A stretch of DNA of 64,000 nt from Amphiscolops sp. MND2022 (lineage: Eukaryota). The stretch covers positions 70,558,001 through 70,622,000 of the forward strand of contig OZ076409.1 of the NCBI GenBank assembly GCA_964187785.1, given 5' to 3'. The notes beneath the pieces were generated by a model. The model worked only from the letters and a program-made list of their open reading frames with translations. It did no database searches and had not been told where the DNA came from. A program made the position numbers and the translations under genes. The first letter of the stretch is position 1; each line of letters begins with the position of its first letter. Positions 50,944 through 64,000 of this stretch are shown piece by piece.

Positions 50944-53900
50944 GTGCGGGGGGGTAACCCCTACAAAGATATTGGAGGATTCGGGTAGGGTCCTGAATCC
51001 GAGTTCAGTGCTGCCAGCTATCGTTAGGGATTTGAGAAAATTTTGCCGATCTCGTGATCTAACCGTAGGATTTTAAAGTTGGAGCGGCCCCCACCAGATT
51101 TTCCAAAGTTATTCGCCCCCCACCGGGTTCCAGCGTGATTGAAATATTTTGACGGGGTACACGGACGACCGTTAGGGGTCATTTTGGGGGTAAAATTTAT
51201 ATCCGGTCGCATAACTTTTTTCCTGTTGGTTTAAAACTTTGGGACCCTGCTAAAAGTTTCTTGACCGTGTTGCAGTGGCTCCGGAGGTCCAAACCAAATT
51301 TTTCTATCTTGAAGCTATCTCCAAGTACCCCCCCGCCCAAACCGTTATTTTTCCGGAAACGCAGGTTTTTGACCCGGAAGGAGTCGTCTGAGCGCGGGGT
51401 CGTTAGGTGATGTATTGGGGACGGCCTTGAGACGAAGCGGGGGACATGTAGTTTGCCGACCCCAGTTTACCCCCCGGACGGGAAATGACCGTTATTTGAG
51501 CGGGAAAAATGCCCCCCTCCACGTTTTACCGCTATTTCCGGTGTGAAGGAGTGGGAGTAGCGCGTCGGGTGTTATATAACAAAAGTAGGTTTAGACAAGG
51601 ACCTATCGGAAACATGTAGTTTGGGACCCCCTGGACCAACCCGTTAGCGGGAAATGGGGCTTCCGCCTCCTTTTTTTACTGCTAAAACCGTAAAATGGGC
51701 ATTGAGGGGTAAATATCTCGTGAACGCGTGGAGCAATCGTGTCCATCACTACTACAAGGTTTCATACCCATGATATGGTGCCTTCAGGGGGGCAAACAGA
51801 TTTCCGCTATCTATCACCGTTACCGACTTGGCCCCCCAGCCTAACCGCTATGTGACCGGAAATGTCACTTTTTGAGCCCAAAGGGTCGGTCCCAGCCGGG
51901 GAACGTTAGGTAACTTATTGTTGTACTCAATGAGACGAGTTGGGGGATATAGTTTCAGTCACCCCCCGTTGACCGGAAATGACCGTTATGTGGGTAAAAT
52001 TGCAATTTTTATACTTTTTCAAGTGTATTTAGGTGCGGAAGGAGTGGTAATAGGTGCTTGGACACTATATGATGTAATGGAGGTCGTGAGGAGAGCATTC
52101 GGAAATAACCGTTATGTTGACCCCAAAGTCCCCCTGGTACCGTTAACGACCGGAAATGGCCAAATTTTGTGTCTATTGGGTACAAATGTTTGGTATTTTA
52201 TGGATAAAAGTACCTGGAAGGTGTTTTAAAGGCCTCCAGAAGTGAACATAGTCATGAAACCTTGTGGGGGGTAACGGTATATAGCACCGGAAGTCCAAAC
52301 CGTTGGTCACAGAATAGGTTTTTTGGTTTCAAAATGTCTTTAGGCATAGTTTTGTGGGTTGAATCGTCATAATATCAACTAATACGGACTTTTTTCGGAA
52401 ATAAAATTTTTTCACATTAGTTTCAGGGACCTCCAATGCTTCAGTCAACATAACCGTTACATTTTGATAGCCTTTCAAGTTGACCTGGTGTCAACTTGGA
52501 AGGGCTATCCTTCTAAAATCGTTAATCAAGAGTGTTTTTGGGTAGGTATATGTTGCATTAGTACCAATTAGAGCTTCATCAACAGTTTGCCAACGGCAAA
52601 AACGATGTCGTGATAATTCCGTTATAAAAATATTAGTTAACAAATTGTTTTCAAAGTTGATTTTTTCCATTAAAAATGTGTCCTGATGCCACCAAATTGA
52701 ATAAAATAATAAATGGTTTTGACTAAAACTAAATAACAATGAAAAAGAAGATCAACATTTTTATTAGGTCTCATTATGGAAGCTGAAACCTCACGTTTTA
52801 GTTTAATTAACGTCAACGCCACATACTTTACATCAACGCCCACCGTCTGTGGGCATGCCGAGGCATGCCCTTCGACGACGTATACCAAACACCCTCCATA
52901 TCTACACCCTAACCGCGGTAGCAGCTAGGTGCGGGGGGGTAACCCCATCCCTTATCTTGGAGGATTCGGGTAGGGTCCTGAATCCGAGTTCAGTGCCGCC
53001 AGCTCTCAGTAGAAATCTGGGCATTTTTTTGCGATCTCGTGATCTAACCATAGGATTTTAAAGTTGGAGCGGCCCCCACCAGATTTTCCAAAGTTATTCG
53101 CCCCCCACCGGGTTCCAGCGTGATTGAAATATTTTGTCGGGGTACACGGGCGACCGTTAGGGGTCATTTTAGGGGTAAAATTTATATAATGTCGCATAAC
53201 TTTTTTCCTGTTGGATTAAAACTTTGGGACCCTGCTAAAAGTTTCTTGACCGTGTTGCGGTGGCTCCGGATGTCCAAACCAAATTTTTCTATCTTGAAGC
53301 TATCTCCAAGTACCCCCCCGCCCAAACCGTTATTTTTCCGGAAACGCCGGTTTTTGACCCGGAAGGAGTCGCCTGAGCGCGGGGTCGTTAGGTGATGTTT
53401 TGGGGACGGCCTCGAGACGAAGCGGGGGATATATAGTTTGCCGACCCCAGTTTACCCCCCGCACGGGAAATGACCGTTATATGAGCGGGAAAAATGCCCC
53501 CCTCCACGTTTTACCGCTATTTCCGGTGTGAAGGAGTGGGAGTAGCGCGTCGGGTGTTATATATCAAAAGTAGGTTTAGACAAGGATCTATCGGGAACAT
53601 GTGGTTTGGGACCCCCTGGACCAACCCGTTAGCAGGAAATGGGGCTTCCGCCTCCTTTTTTTACTGCTAAAACCGTAAAATGGGCATTGAGGGGTAAATA
53701 TCTCGTGAACGCGTGGAGCAATCGTGTCCATCACTACTACAAGGTTTCATACCCATGATATGGTGCCTTCAGGGGGGCAAACAGATTTCCGCTATCTATC
53801 ACCGTTACCGACTTGGCCCCCCAGCCTAACCGCTATGTGACCGGAAATGTCACTTTTTGAGCCCAAAGGGTCGGTCCCAGCCGGGGAACGTTAGGTAACT

Positions 53901-56900
53901 TATTGTAGTACTCAATGAGGCGAGTTGGGGGATATAGTTTCAGTCACCCCCCGTTACCCCTTAAGACCGGAAATGACCGTTATGTGAGTAAATTTGCCGT
54001 TTTTGTCCTATTTGAAGGGCATTTAGATGCGGAAGGAGTGGTAATAGGTGCTTGGACACTATATGAGGTAAGGGAGGATATGAGGCGAGCATTCGGAAAT
54101 AACCGTTATGTTGACCCCAAAGTCCCCCTGGTACCGTAAACGACCGGAAATGGTCAAATTTTCTGTTTATAGGGTACAAATGTTTGGTATTTTGTAGATA
54201 AAAGTATCTCTTAGGTGTTTCAAAGGCCTCCAGAAGTGAACATCGTCATGAAACCTTGTGGGGGGTAACGGTATATAACACCGGAAGTCCAAACCGTTGG
54301 TCACAGAATAGGTTTTTTGGTTTCAAAATGTCTTTAGGCGTAGTTTTATGGGTTGAATCGTCATAATATCAACTCTTACGGACATTTTTCGGAAAAAAAA
54401 TTTTTTCACATTAGTTTCAGAGACCTCCAATGCTTCAGTCAACATAACCGTTACATTTTGATAGCCTTTCAAGTTGGCCTGGCGTCAACTTGGAAGGGCT
54501 ATCCTTCTAAAATCGTTAATCAAGAGTGTTTTTGGGTAGGTATATGTTGCATTAGTACCAATTAGAGCTTCATCAACAGTTTGCCAACGGCAAAAACGAT
54601 GTCGTGATAATTCCGTTATAAGAATATTAATTAAAAAATTGTTTACAAAGTTGATTTTTTTCATTTAAAATGTGTCCTAATGCCACCAAATTGAATAAAA
54701 TAATAAATGGTATTGACTAAAACTAAATAACATTGAAAAAGAAGATCAACATTTTTATTAGGTCTCATTATGGAAGCTGAAACCTCACGTTTTAACTTGA
54801 TTAACGTCAACGCCACATACTTTACATCAACGCCCACCGTCTGTGGGCATGCCGAGGCATGCCCTTCGACGACGTATACCAAACAACCTCCATATCTACA
54901 CCCGATTGCGGTAGCAGCTAGGTGCGGGGGGGTAACCCCAACAAAGATATTGGAGGATTCGGGTAGGGTCCTGAATCCGATTTTAACTCTAATAGCTATC
55001 GATAGGAAATCTTGCAAAAATTTCGGGATCTCGTGATCTAACCATAGGATTTTAAAGTTGGAGCGGCCCCCACCAGATTTTCCGAAAATTAGCGCCCCCC
55101 ACCGGGTTCCATACCCCGGAAAATTTTTTTCTGGCCACACGGGCGACCGTTAGGGGGTCATTTTAGGGGTAAAATTCATATTGGGCCACATAACTTTTTT
55201 TCTGTTGATTTAAAACTTTGGAACCCTGCTAAAAGTTTCTTGACCGTGTTGCAGGGGCCCCGAAGGTCCAAACCAAATTTTTCTATCTTGAAGCTATCTC
55301 CAAGTACCCCCCCGCTCAAACCGTTATTTTTCCGGAAACGCAGGTTTTTGACCCGGAAGGAGTCGTCTGAGCGCGGGGTCGTTAGGTGATGTATCGGGGA
55401 CGGCCTTGCGACGAAATGGGGGACAAGTAGTTTGCCAACCTCAATTTACCCCCCGGACGGGAAATGACCGTTATATGAGCGTGAAAATTGCCCCCCTCCA
55501 CGTTTTACCGCTATTTCCGGTGTGAAGGAGTGGGAGTAGCGCGTCGGGTGTTATATAACAAAAGTAGGTTTAGACAAGGACCTATCGGAAACATGTAGTT
55601 TGGGACCCCCTGGACCAACCCGTTAGCGGGAAATGGGGCTTCCGCCTCCTTTTTTTAGTGCTAAAACCGTAAAATGGGCATTGAGGGGTAAATATCTCGT
55701 GAACGCGTGGAGCAATCGTGTACATCACTACTACAAGGTTTCATACCCATGATATGGTGCCTTCAGGGGGGCAAACAGATTTCCGCTATCTATCACCGTT
55801 ACCGACTTGGCCCCCCAGCCTAACCGCTATGTGACCGGAAATGTCACTTTTTGAGCCCAAAGGGTCGGTCCCAGCCGGGGAACGTTAGGTAACTTATTGT
55901 AGTACTCAATGAGACGAGTTGGGGGATATAGTTTCAGTCACCCCCCGTTATCCCTTGGGACCGGAAATGACCGTTATGTGGGTAAAATTGCAATTTTTAT
56001 ACTTTTTCAAGTGTATTTAGGTGCGGAAGGAGTGGTAATAGGTGCTTGGACACTATATGAGGTAAGGGAGGACGTGAGGCGAGCATTCGGAAATAACCGT
56101 TATGTTGACCCTAAAGTCCCCCTGGTACCGTAAACGACCGGAAATGGTCAAATTTTGTGTCTATTGGGTACAAATGTTTTGTATTTTGTAGATAAAAGTA
56201 TCTATTAGGTGTTTCGACGGTCTACAGTAGTGAACATAGTCATGAAACCTTGTGGGGGGTAACGGTATATAGCACCGGAAGTCAAACCGTTGGAGACAGG
56301 ATAGGTTTTTTGGTTTTAAAATGTCTTTCGGCGTAATTTTTTCGACTCTTGATGACTATTTTTAAAAATTAAAGTTTTTCCATATAGTTTCAGAGACTCC
56401 GAAACCTCAACCAACATAACCGTTACCTTATGATAGCCTTTCAAGTTGGCCTGGTGTCAACTTGGAAGCGCTATCCTTCTGAGATCGTTAATCAAGAGTG
56501 TTTTTGGGTAGGTATATATTGCATTAGTACCAATTAGAGCTTCATCAACAGTGTATCAACGACAAAAACTATGCCGTCATGATTCCGTTATTAGAATCAT
56601 AGTGAGCAAATTGTTGAAAAAAATGGTTTTTTTCCATACAAAATGTGTCCTAAATGCCAGGAAACCTATTTACCTAACAAATGGTATTAATTGGAATGTT
56701 TGTAACAGATTTCTAAAAGTTCAAATTGAATATTACATTTCATTATGGAAGCTGAAACGTCATATTTTAGTTTAATTAACGTCAACGCCACACACTTTAC
56801 ATCAACGCACACCGTCTGTGGGCATGCCGAGGCATGCCCTTCGACGACGTATGACAAATCCTTATCAAACGACGCCCGTACATCCCGGGCTAGGTGCGGG

Positions 56901-59900
56901 GGGGAAACCCCAACAAAAATTTTGGAGGATTCGGGTAGGGTCCTGAATCCGATTTTAACTCTAATAGCTATCGATAGGAAATCTTGCAAAAATTTCGGGA
57001 TCTCGTGATCTAACCATAGGATTTTAAAGTTGGAGCGGCCCCCACCAGATTTTCCGAAAATTAGCGCCCCCCACCGGGTTCCATACCCCGGAAAATTTTT
57101 TTCTGGCCACACGGGCGACCGTTAGGGGGTCATTTTAGGGGTAAAATTCATATTGGGCCACATAACTTTTTTTCTGTTGATTTAAAACTTTGGAACCCTG
57201 CTAAAAGTTTCTTGACCGTGTTGCAGGGGCCCCGAAGGTCCAAACCAAATTTTTCTATCTTGAAGCTATCTCCAAGTACCCCCCCGCTCAAACCGTTATT
57301 TTTCCGGAAACGCAGGTTTTTGACCCGGAAGGAGTCGTCTGAGCGCGGGGTCGTTAGGTGATGTATTGGGGACGGCCTTGAGACGAAGTGGGGGACAAGT
57401 AGTTTGCCAACCTCAATTCACCCCCCGGACGGGAAATGACCGTTATATGAGCGTGAAAAATGCCCCCCTCCACGTTTTACCGCTATTTCCGGTGTGAAGG
57501 AGTGGGAGTAGCGCGTCGGGTGTTATATAACAAAAGTAGGTTTAGACAAGGACCTATCGGAAACATGTAGTTTGGGACCCCCTGGACCAACCCGTTAGCG
57601 GGAAATGGGGCTTCCGCCTCCTTTTTTTAGTGCTAAAACCGTAAAATGGGCATTGAGGGGTAAATATCTCGTGAACGCGTGGAGCAATCGTGTCCATCAC
57701 TACCACAAGGTTTCATACCCATGATATGGTGCCTTCAGGGGGGCAAACAGATTTCCGCTATCTATCACCGTTACCGACTTGGCCCCCCAGCCTAACCGCT
57801 ATGTGACCGGAAATGTCACTTTTTGAGCCCAAAGGGTCGGTCCCAGCCGGGGAACGTTAGGTAACTTATTGTAGTACTCAATGAGACGAGTTGGGGGATA
57901 TAGTTTCAGTCACCCCCCGTTACCCCTTGGGACCGGAAATGACCGTTATGTGGGTAAAATTGCAATTTTTATACTTTTTCAAGTGTATTTAGGTGCGGAA
58001 GGAGTGGTAATAGGTGCTTGGACACTATATGAGGTAAGGGAGGACGTGAGGCGAGCATTCGGAAATAACCGTTATGTTGACCCTAAAGTCCCCCTGGTAC
58101 CGTAAACGACCGGAAATGGTCAAATTTTATGTCTATTGGGTACAAATGTTTTGTATTTTGTAGATAAAAGTATCTATTAGGTGTTTCGACGGTCTACAGT
58201 AGTGAACATAGTCATGAAACCTTGTGGGGGGTAACGGTATATAGCACCGGAAGTCAAACCGTTGGAGACAGGATAGGTTTTTTGGTTTTAAAATGTCTTT
58301 CGGCGTAATTTTTTCGACTCTTGTGGACTATTTTTAAAAATTAAAGTTTTTCCATATAGTTTCAGAGACTCCGAAACCTCAACCAACATAACCGTTACCT
58401 TATGATAGCCTTTCAAGTTGGCCTGGTGTCAACTTGGAAGCGCTATCCTTCTGAAATCGTTAATCAAGAGTGTTTTTGAGTAGGTATATATTGCATTAGT
58501 ACCAATTAGAGCTTCATCAACAGTGTATCAACGACAAAAACTATGCCGTCATGATTCCGTTATTAGAATCATAGTGAGCAAATTGTTGAAAAAAATGGTT
58601 TTTTCCATACAAAATGTGTCCTAAATGCCAGTAAACCTATTTACCTAACAAATGGTATTATTTGGAATGTTTGTAACGGATTTATAAAAGTTCAAATTGA
58701 ATATTACATTTCATTATGGAAGCTGAAACGTCATATTTTAGTTTAATTAACGTCAACGCCACACACTTTACATCAACGCACACCGTCTGTGGGCATGCCG
58801 AGGCATGCCCTTCGACGACGTATGACAAATCCTTATCAAACGACGCCCGTACATCCCGGGCTAGGTGCGGGGGGTAACCCCAACAAAGATATTGGAGGAT
58901 TCGGGTAGGGTCCTGAATCCGATCTTAGTACCGTCAGCTATCAGTAGAAAATTTCCCTCAAAAACCGGGATCTCGGGAACTAACCGTAGGATTTGAAAGT
59001 TGGAGCGGCCCCCACCAGATTTTCCCGAATAGATCGCCCCCCACCGGGCTCCATACCCCGGAAAATTTTTTTTTGGCCACACGGGCGACAGTTAGGGGGT
59101 CATTTTAGGGGTAAAATTCATATTGGTCCATATAACTTTTTTCCTGTTGGTTTAAAAGTTTGGGAACCCTTCTAAAGGTTTTTCGACCATGTTGCAAGGG
59201 CTCCGGAGGTGCAAACCAAATTTTTCTATCTTGAAGCTATCTCCAAGTACCCCCCCGCTCAAACCGTTATTTTTCCGGAAACGCAGGTTTTTGACCCGGA
59301 AGGAGTCGTCTGAGCGCGGGGTCGTTAGGTGATGTTTTGGGGACGGCCTTGAGACAAAGTGGGGGACAAGTAGTTTGCCAACCTCAATTTACCCCCCGGA
59401 CGGGAAATGACCGTTATATGAGCGTGAAAAATGCCCCCCTCCACGTTTTACCGCTATTTCCGGTGTGAAGGTGTGGGAGTAGCGCGTCGGGTGCCATATA
59501 TCAAAAGTAGGTTTAGACAAGGATCTATCAAAAACATGTGGTTTGGGACCCCCTGACCCAACCCGTTAGCGGGAAATGGGGCTTCCGCCTCCTTTTTTTT
59601 CGGTTAAAAACGGAAAATGGGCATTGAGGGGTAAATATCTCGTGAACGCGTGGAGCTACGGTGTCCTTCACTACTACAAGGTTTCATACCCATGATATGG
59701 TGCCTTCAGGGGGGCAAACAGATTTCCGCTATCTATCACCGTTACGGACTTGGCCCCCCAGCCTAACCGCTATGTGACCGGAAATGTCACTTTTTGAGCC
59801 CAAAGGGTCCGTCCCAGCCAGGGAACGTTAGATAACTTTTTGTAGTACTCATTGAGACGAGTTGGGGGACATAGTTTCAGTCACCCCCCGTTACCCCTTG

Positions 59901-62810
59901 TGACCGGAAATGACCGTTATGTGGGTAAAATTGGGATTTTTGTACTTTTTGAAGGGCAATTAGGTGCGGAAGGAGTGGTAATAGGTGCTTGGACACTATA
60001 TGATGGAATGGAGGACGTGAGGCGAACATTCAGACATAACCGTTATGTTGACCCTAAAGTCCCCCTGGTACCGTAAACGACCGGAAATGGTCAAATTTTG
60101 TGTCTATTGGGTACAAATGTTTGGTATTTTGTAAATAAAAGTATCTATTAGGTGTTTCGACGGTCTGCAGTAGTGAACATAGTCATGAAACCTTGTGGGG
60201 GGTAACGGTATATAGCACCGGAAGTCCAAAACGTTAGAGACGGGATAGGTTTTTCCGTTTTAAAATGTCTTTCGGCGTACTTTTGTCAACTAATATGGAA
60301 TATTTTTTAAAATTAAAGTTTTTCCATATAGTTTCAGAGACTCCCAAACCTCAAACAACATAACCGTTACCTTATGATAGCCTTTCAAGTTGGCCTGGTG
60401 TCAACTTGGAAGGGCTATCCTTCAAAAATCGTTGATCAAGTGTGTTTTTGGGTATGTTTGAATCATTTTAGAATCAATTAGAGCTTCAAGAAATGTTTGC
60501 CAACGACAAAAACTATGTCGTGATGATTCCGTTATTAGAGTAATAGTTAACAAAATATTGATTAAGTTGATTTTTTACATTTCAAAAGTGTCCTAAAAGC
60601 CAGAAAACCTCTTTACCAAACAAATGGTATTGATTGGATTGTATATAACAGGTAATAAAAGTTCAAATTGATTATTACGTTTTATTATGTAAGCTGAAAC
60701 GTCATATTATAGTTTAATTAACGTCAACGCCACATACTTTACACCAACGCCCACCGTCTGTGGGCATGCCGAGGCATGCCCTTCGACGACGTATACCAAA
60801 TACATTTCATATCTACACCCAACCGCGGTAGCAGCTAGGTGCGGGGGGGTAACCCCAACAAATATATTGGAGGATTCGGGTAGGGTCCTGAATCCGATTT
60901 TAACTCTAATAGCTATCGATAGGAAATCTTGCAAAAATTTCGGGATCTCGTGATCTAACCATAGGATTTTAAAGTTGGAGCGGCCCCCACCAGATTTTCC
61001 GAAAATTAGCGCCCCCCACCGGGTTCCATACCCCGGAAAATTTTTTTCTGGCCACACGGGCGACCGTTAGGGGGTCATTTCAGGGGTAAAATTCGTATTG
61101 GTCCATATAACTTTTTTCCTGTTGATTTAAAAGTTTGGGAACCCTACTAAAGGTTTTTTGACCATGTTGCAAGGGCTCCGGAGGTGCAAACCAAATTTTT
61201 CTATCTTGAAGCTATCTCCAAGTACCCCCCCGCTCAAACCGTTATTTTTCCGGAAACGCCGGTTTTTGACCCGGAAGGAGTCGTCTGAGCGCGGGGTCGT
61301 TAGGTGATGTTTTGGGGACGGCCTTGAGACGAAGTGGGGGACATGTAGTTTGTCAACCTCAGTTTACCCCCCGGACGGGAAATGACCGTTATATGAGCGG
61401 CAAAAATGTCCCCCTCCACGTTTTACCGCTATTTCCGGTGTGAAGGAGTGGGAGTAGCGCGTCGGGTGCCATATATCAAAAGTAGGTTTAGACAAGGATC
61501 TATCGGAAACATGTGGTTTGGGACCCCCTGGACCAACCCGTTAGCAGGAAATGGGGCTTCCGGCCCGTTTTTTTACGGTTAAAAACGGAAAATGGGCATT
61601 GAGGGGTAAATATCTCGTGAACGCGTGGAGCTACGGTGTCCTTCACTACTACAAGGTTTCATACCCATGATATGGTGCCTTCAGGGGGGCAAACAGATTT
61701 CCGCTATCTATCACCGTTACGGACTTGGCCCCCAGCCTAACCGCTAAGTGACCGAAAATGTCACTTTTTGAGCCCAAAGGGTCGGTCCCAGCCAGGGAAC
61801 GTTAGGTAACTTATTGTAGTACTCATTGAGATGAGTTGGGGGACATAGTTTCAGTCACCCCCCGTTACCCCTTAAGACCGGAAATGACCGTTATGTGAGT
61901 AAAATTGCCATTTTTGTCCTATTTGAAGGGCATTTAGATGCGGAAGGAGTGGTAATAGGTGCTTGGACACTATATGAGGTAAGGGAGGATATGAGGCGAG
62001 CATTCGGAAATAACCGTTATGTTGACCCCAAAGTCCCCCTGGTACCGTAAATGACCGGAAATGGTCAAATTTTCTGTTTATAGGGTACAAATGTTTGGTA
62101 TTTTGTAGATAAAAGTATCTATTAGGTGTTTCGACGGTCTGCAGTAGTGAACATAGTCATGAAACCTTGTGGGGGGTAACGGTATATAGCACCGGAAGTC
62201 CAAACCGTTGGAGACAGGATAGGTTTTTTGGTTTTGAAATGTCTTTCGGCGTACTTTTGTCGACTATTAAGGACTACTTTTAAAAATTAAAGTTTTTCCA
62301 TATAGTTTTAGAGACTCCGAAACCTCAACCAACATAACCGTTACCTCATGATAGCCTTTCAAGTTGGCCCGGTGTCAACTTGGAAGGGCTATCCTTCAAA
62401 AATCGTCAATCAAGTGTGTTTTTGGGTATGTTTGTATCATTTTAGAATCAAATAGAGCTTCAAGAAAAGTTTGCCAACGACAAAAACTATGTCGTGATGA
62501 TTCTGTTATTAGAATCATAGTGAGCAAATTGTTGAAAAAAATGGTTTTTTTCCATACAAAATGTGTCCTAATTGCCAGGAAACCTATTTAACTAACAAAT
62601 GGTATTGATTGGAATGTATGTAACAGAGTTATAAAAGTTCAAATTGATTATTACGTTTCATTATGGAAGCTGAAACGTAATATTTTAGTTTAATTAACGT
62701 CAACGCCACACACTTTACATCAACGCCCACCGTCTGTGGGCATGCCGAGGCATGCCCTTCGACGACGTATGGCAAATCCCTTCTAACGACGCCCGTACAT
62801 CCCGGGCTAG
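50944..62810 (+). mobile_element. Six tandem family A units (1971-1993 bp)
   Basis: Starts at 50944, 52929, 54922, 56894, 58865, 60839. Confidence 0.9.
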
Positions 62811-64000
62811 GTGGCCGGAAATTTTTTTTTCAGCAAAATCTTTGCCATTGGGGGAGGGGCCCCGGATGGCCAGTAGTACGGGATAGCTTCCTACCAAATC
62901 CAGATGGAAAAAACGTGATTTTGGAAACTAGCCGTCAGAATTTGCTCAAATTTTGCATACGGCTTCCTATAACAATCCTAAGAACTAATCCCTACTGGCA
63001 TTTTGCCCAAAAAACGCAAAAAGTTGGTCAAAATCTTAGTTTTTTGGTCAAAAAATGGCGTTTTTTCGAAAAAAAATTTTTTCAGAGACAATTACTCGGA
63101 ACTGGTTCACCTAGCGCAAAAACGCCTAGCTGATTTATTGTTGGGCACTTCATGAGGAGTGTGTATACAAATTTTCGTCCAAATCGGATAAAAGTTGATT
63201 GAGAAATAACTGAAAATTTGAGGCATTTTTTTGGAAATTTTTGAAATCCCAGTCTATCTCTGCCGTTTTTTGCCCAGATTTTTTTCCAGACACTTTCCTA
63301 AAGACCTCCCCTGGCCGGTTTACCTCCCAGCAAAACCATTTGGCCCTAAATACGGAGTTTCAGCATTCCAGCAAACCCCGGGTAAAAGATAAATGACTTA
63401 GAATTTTTTCGAAAATTTTTCAAAAAATTTTTTTTTCAAATTCAGGCCTCCTAAAGTCAAGAAAGTTCCACACAACTAGGATTGCAAGTGATAGCATGTG
63501 GAAAGTGCTTGAATAGACGAGAAAAATGAGCTTATATACGACTCTGTAGCTTAACTTGACGTTGACTTATGATAATTTTAGTGTGAGCTTCGTATGTGCT
63601 GAAAAAATCAAAGAAACCTAAAAGTCTTTTAAAAGTAATCAGAATACGTCCAATGAACCACAGAGCTGTTAAATTGCCGTTGTGCAGTAGAGCAACACCA
63701 TTTAGAGTATTTTGACCCATTTTGATAAGTTTTGATACCGTCTTGTTCTTCTGATAGCACAAAACAGTTGAGTACATTCCATCTCCCCCCTTGTGGGGGA
63801 GATGAGAATGTACTCGCTAAAAGTCAGGTACTATAGCACCCATTTTGTTTTATTCGACGCTAGCGATGCTATTGCACACGAATACAATAGTTTTGTCAAA
63901 TAATGTTTAACATGATGAATCTTACTATACCTTTAGTGTACGTTAACCTACTACTACAACATCGCATCCGTAACGTCAACGCCACATACTCGCTTCAGCG
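62811..64000 (+). mobile_element. Family K-type unit (K 5' half, J/E-like 3' half), truncated by the window end
   Basis: 5' ~370 bp match 44444 onward. The window ends in AACGTCAACGCCACATACTCGC, the sequence that precedes the 3' hairpin in other units. Confidence 0.8.

Larger units (their letters stand above)
10672..64000 (+). repeat. Heterogeneous head-to-tail array of 30 non-autonomous Helitron-like units
   Basis: Joints CTRG|GTG with the upstream unit ending at 10671, 11960, 13931, 15908, 17883, 19856, 21851, 24642, 26023, 27327, 28610, 29878, 31167, 32454, 33484, 34518, 35915, 38993, 42065, 44443, 45731, 47703, 49675, 50943, 52928, 54921, 56893, 58864, 60838, 62810. Order: B A A A A A C D E F F B B G G H I I J K A A F A A A A A A K(partial). 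Confidence 0.92.

Noticed and set aside
10594..62810. CRISPR array (recurring ~45-nt palindromic repeat next to a helicase/nuclease gene)
   Set aside because: The intervening sequences are 1-3 kb and themselves repeated. There are no cas genes, and the enzyme is a Helitron-type RepHel with an intron.
11566..63777. The many 60-160 aa ORFs in the array as genes
   Set aside because: They recur only because the DNA repeats. Starts, stops and frames vary between copies, many cross unit joints, and none has recognisable motifs.
10672..64000. True integron with attC cassettes
   Set aside because: No tyrosine recombinase, no RYYYAAC/GTTRRRY attC boxes, and the cassettes are non-coding. The resemblance is architectural only.
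10672..64000. rDNA, 5S, tRNA or snRNA tandem cluster
   Set aside because: I recognised no such RNA sequence or cloverleaf by eye. An Rfam scan would be needed to exclude it fully.
10672..64000. MITE/TIR or LTR elements
   Set aside because: No terminal inverted repeats, LTRs or target-site duplications at unit boundaries.

Overview
Eukaryotic-looking DNA (one GT-AG intron, no operons) in two parts. (1) 1-10671 is the 3' part of an apparently autonomous Helitron-type rolling-circle element. It has a 5'-truncated HUH-Rep + Pif1-helicase ORF, which a 67-nt intron joins in frame to an SLX1-like GIY-YIG nuclease exon. Decayed duplicates, a 436-aa accessory ORF (possibly OB-fold/Zn) and a 3' end (GC hairpin ... 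CTAG) follow. (2) 10672-64000 is a gap-free, same-orientation, head-to-tail array of 30 non-coding units of 1.0-3.1 kb (29 complete, 1 partial) from about 11 families (my labels A-K). All 30 joints are CTRG|GTG, whichever families are adjacent. Most units share the 3' hairpin of the Rep-helicase element. All families carry a structurally conserved 5' stem-loop with a (T/G)AGGG loop. Best interpretation (inference): a self-targeting Helitron system that builds an integron-like cassette array of heterologous non-autonomous elements. All alignments were done by eye. No database searches were possible, so host and novelty are unverified.
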